Under the pieces are notes generated by a model that was not told the origin of the DNA, did no database searches, and saw only the letters and a list, made by a program, of their open reading frames with translations. Shown here one piece after another: positions 62,304-64,000 of a stretch of 64,000 nt of DNA (within the stretch, counting starts at the first letter, position 1; each line of letters opens with the position of its first letter). Both the position numbers and the translations under genes were made by a program. Source of the DNA: Glycera tridactyla (taxonomy: Eukaryota); NCBI GenBank assembly GCA_965644265.1, contig OZ286468.1, positions 28,582,001 through 28,646,000 on the forward strand, given 5' to 3'.

Positions 62304-63245
62304 ATCATTCTCTCAGACAAGATGTTTTTCCTTGTTTCAAGTATTGCATTTTCCTTGAAATGGGAAATTACTATCTGGTGTGAGCCTCAGCTACTAACCA
62401 GTTACATGATTTGATCTGTCATCAAAATGATTATTCAGATTCATGTGAGGCATGTGGAGGTGTGTCTGAACATCCATGTCCACTTGACAACCTCTGGTCT
62501 CCATCATCTTGTGTTCAAGGTTTATGTGAGTGATGTCTGCAGAGGCCAGAGCTTCCAGCATTCTTAGATCAAGGACACATGGCTCAAAGTATACTTTGGG
62601 TTGATACATGCTGTCATTCTCTCAGACGAGATGTCCCCATCATCTTGTGTTCAGGGTTTATGTGAGTGATGTCTGTTGAACAACAGCCAAACAAAGAGTT
62701 TCAGCATCACCGTTGTGCACTCCATATCCTCTTGCACATCCCATGCTAATGCAAGACCCTGGCATGAAACATCAGGTGGGAGATGCCAACTTTATTTTCT
62801 CTTAATCAATTTAGGGGGGGGGGGGGGGGGGGTAGGCAGGCTGAAAAATAAAGATGGGTCCAGTGTGGCTACAGTTCCTTTCATGCACATGAGATGGCAT
62901 ACCGCCGGTGGTGTATTTTTGCAGTTCAATTAGTTCCAACTATAGCCTGAATAAAGAAAAATTACATCTTGTGCCAAATATAATTTATTATGGATTGTGG
63001 CAAGGGTTTGAATGGGGGGGGGATCTAGGGACTATTTCATTAAGATAGAAATCCACTCAGAACTTAGATTTTTTCACTTCAAGTTGCTGTAGATTTGTCA
63101 TTAAACCACCCTCTTCTCTTCACCTGAGAGTTCACCTTCACCCTAGTGAAACAGGATCACTTAGGTTGAGGACATTCAAAACTGAGTAGCTCTTAATTGC
63201 TATTTTTTTTTGTTCCATGGGAGAAACTGAGAGGAATCTCAAGAA

Positions 63246-63515
63246 ATGGGTCCCCAAAGATATGAGAGCATTTTTTCGTCAGTGGGGAAACACATGAACC
63301 AGTGTAATCATACATTTGATGAAAGCAATATTTCCTTACTCTACCTGGAATCCGACTGTTTCAAACACGGTGTAGCAGAAGCCATTATCATCTCCAGTCG
63401 TGATCCAGACCTCAACAGGGACCGGGGGCACCACACTCTCCCGCCAATATATTGGGAGTCACTCACCAAGTCATGTGACCACTCCTTGACAACAAGGTCA
63501 TGTGAAGATGCTTAA
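63246..63515 (+). mobile_element. Penelope-like element remnant (C-terminal half of GIY-YIG endonuclease)
   Basis: SSVGKHMNQCNHTFDESNISLLYLESDCFKHGVAEAIII..PDLNRDRG..LPPIY matches the Penelope EN pattern H..H....N..IL..E.....R...EA..I....LNRD.G. Confidence 0.8.
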
Positions 63516-63917
63516 AACAGTTTGCAGTAGCCATATGCTGATTGAAGGGTCTTTACTTTCCTACGCCACTGTGTGCAAAATGCGACCACATTTTCTTCAA
63601 AAAGCAATAGCATGTGCCTTCATCATTTTGAGATCACTCAGCCACTAGTGAAATAGACCCTAGTTTCCATGGTGATGCAGCATCCCATGATGGATAAAGA
63701 TGCTACCATCCATATTGTAGGGACCAGGTGAGTTGAGTATTGTATTCAAGATGCCCCGAGGCATGGGTGGAGCATGCTATAATGGCGAAACAATCAAGGT
63801 TTTCATGGGACAGATAGTTACTGAATTAGAGATGCTGTTTTTATTTGGATGGACAGATGTAAGTTTTGTTGGTTTTGTTAAGTTTATGATCGCATGTATC
63901 GCGGTCATTAGTGACTA

Positions 63918-64000
63918 CCGTAAAACCGGGCGAAACCGGGCGGGGAAGATGAGCGGCTATTGTCTCCCGACATTCATCACCAGCTGCGGTCTGTCGTATG
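63918..64000. mobile_element. Possible left end of a pogo-like element running out of the window
   Basis: TA|CCGTAAAACCGGGCGAAACCGGGC with an abrupt switch to CpG-rich sequence; the other end is not visible. Confidence 0.45.

Overview
Repeat-rich eukaryotic (metazoan, probably marine invertebrate) genomic DNA, AT-rich and strongly CpG-depleted, with 9 short N gaps. No prokaryotic features, RNA genes or CRISPR arrays were found, and nearly all of the supplied ORF track is noise from repeats. Recognisable content: more than 25 TA-flanked Tc1/mariner-pogo-like MITEs of two related families plus longer relatives; hAT-like non-autonomous elements with 5-, 6- and 8-bp target-site duplications; Helentron/DINE-like elements; a 5'-truncated CR1-group LINE with an open RT ORF (53943-55535); a decayed Academ-like transposase (about 5080-6950, minus strand); a Penelope GIY-YIG remnant; and several mini- and microsatellites. 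The window appears to lie inside one very long + strand gene. It has a few tiny candidate exons (24950-25034, 30416-30445, 42048-42107) and several strong YAG|GTRAG sites that look like recursive-splicing ratchet points. The gene could not be identified, and all family names come from motif recall, not from database searches.
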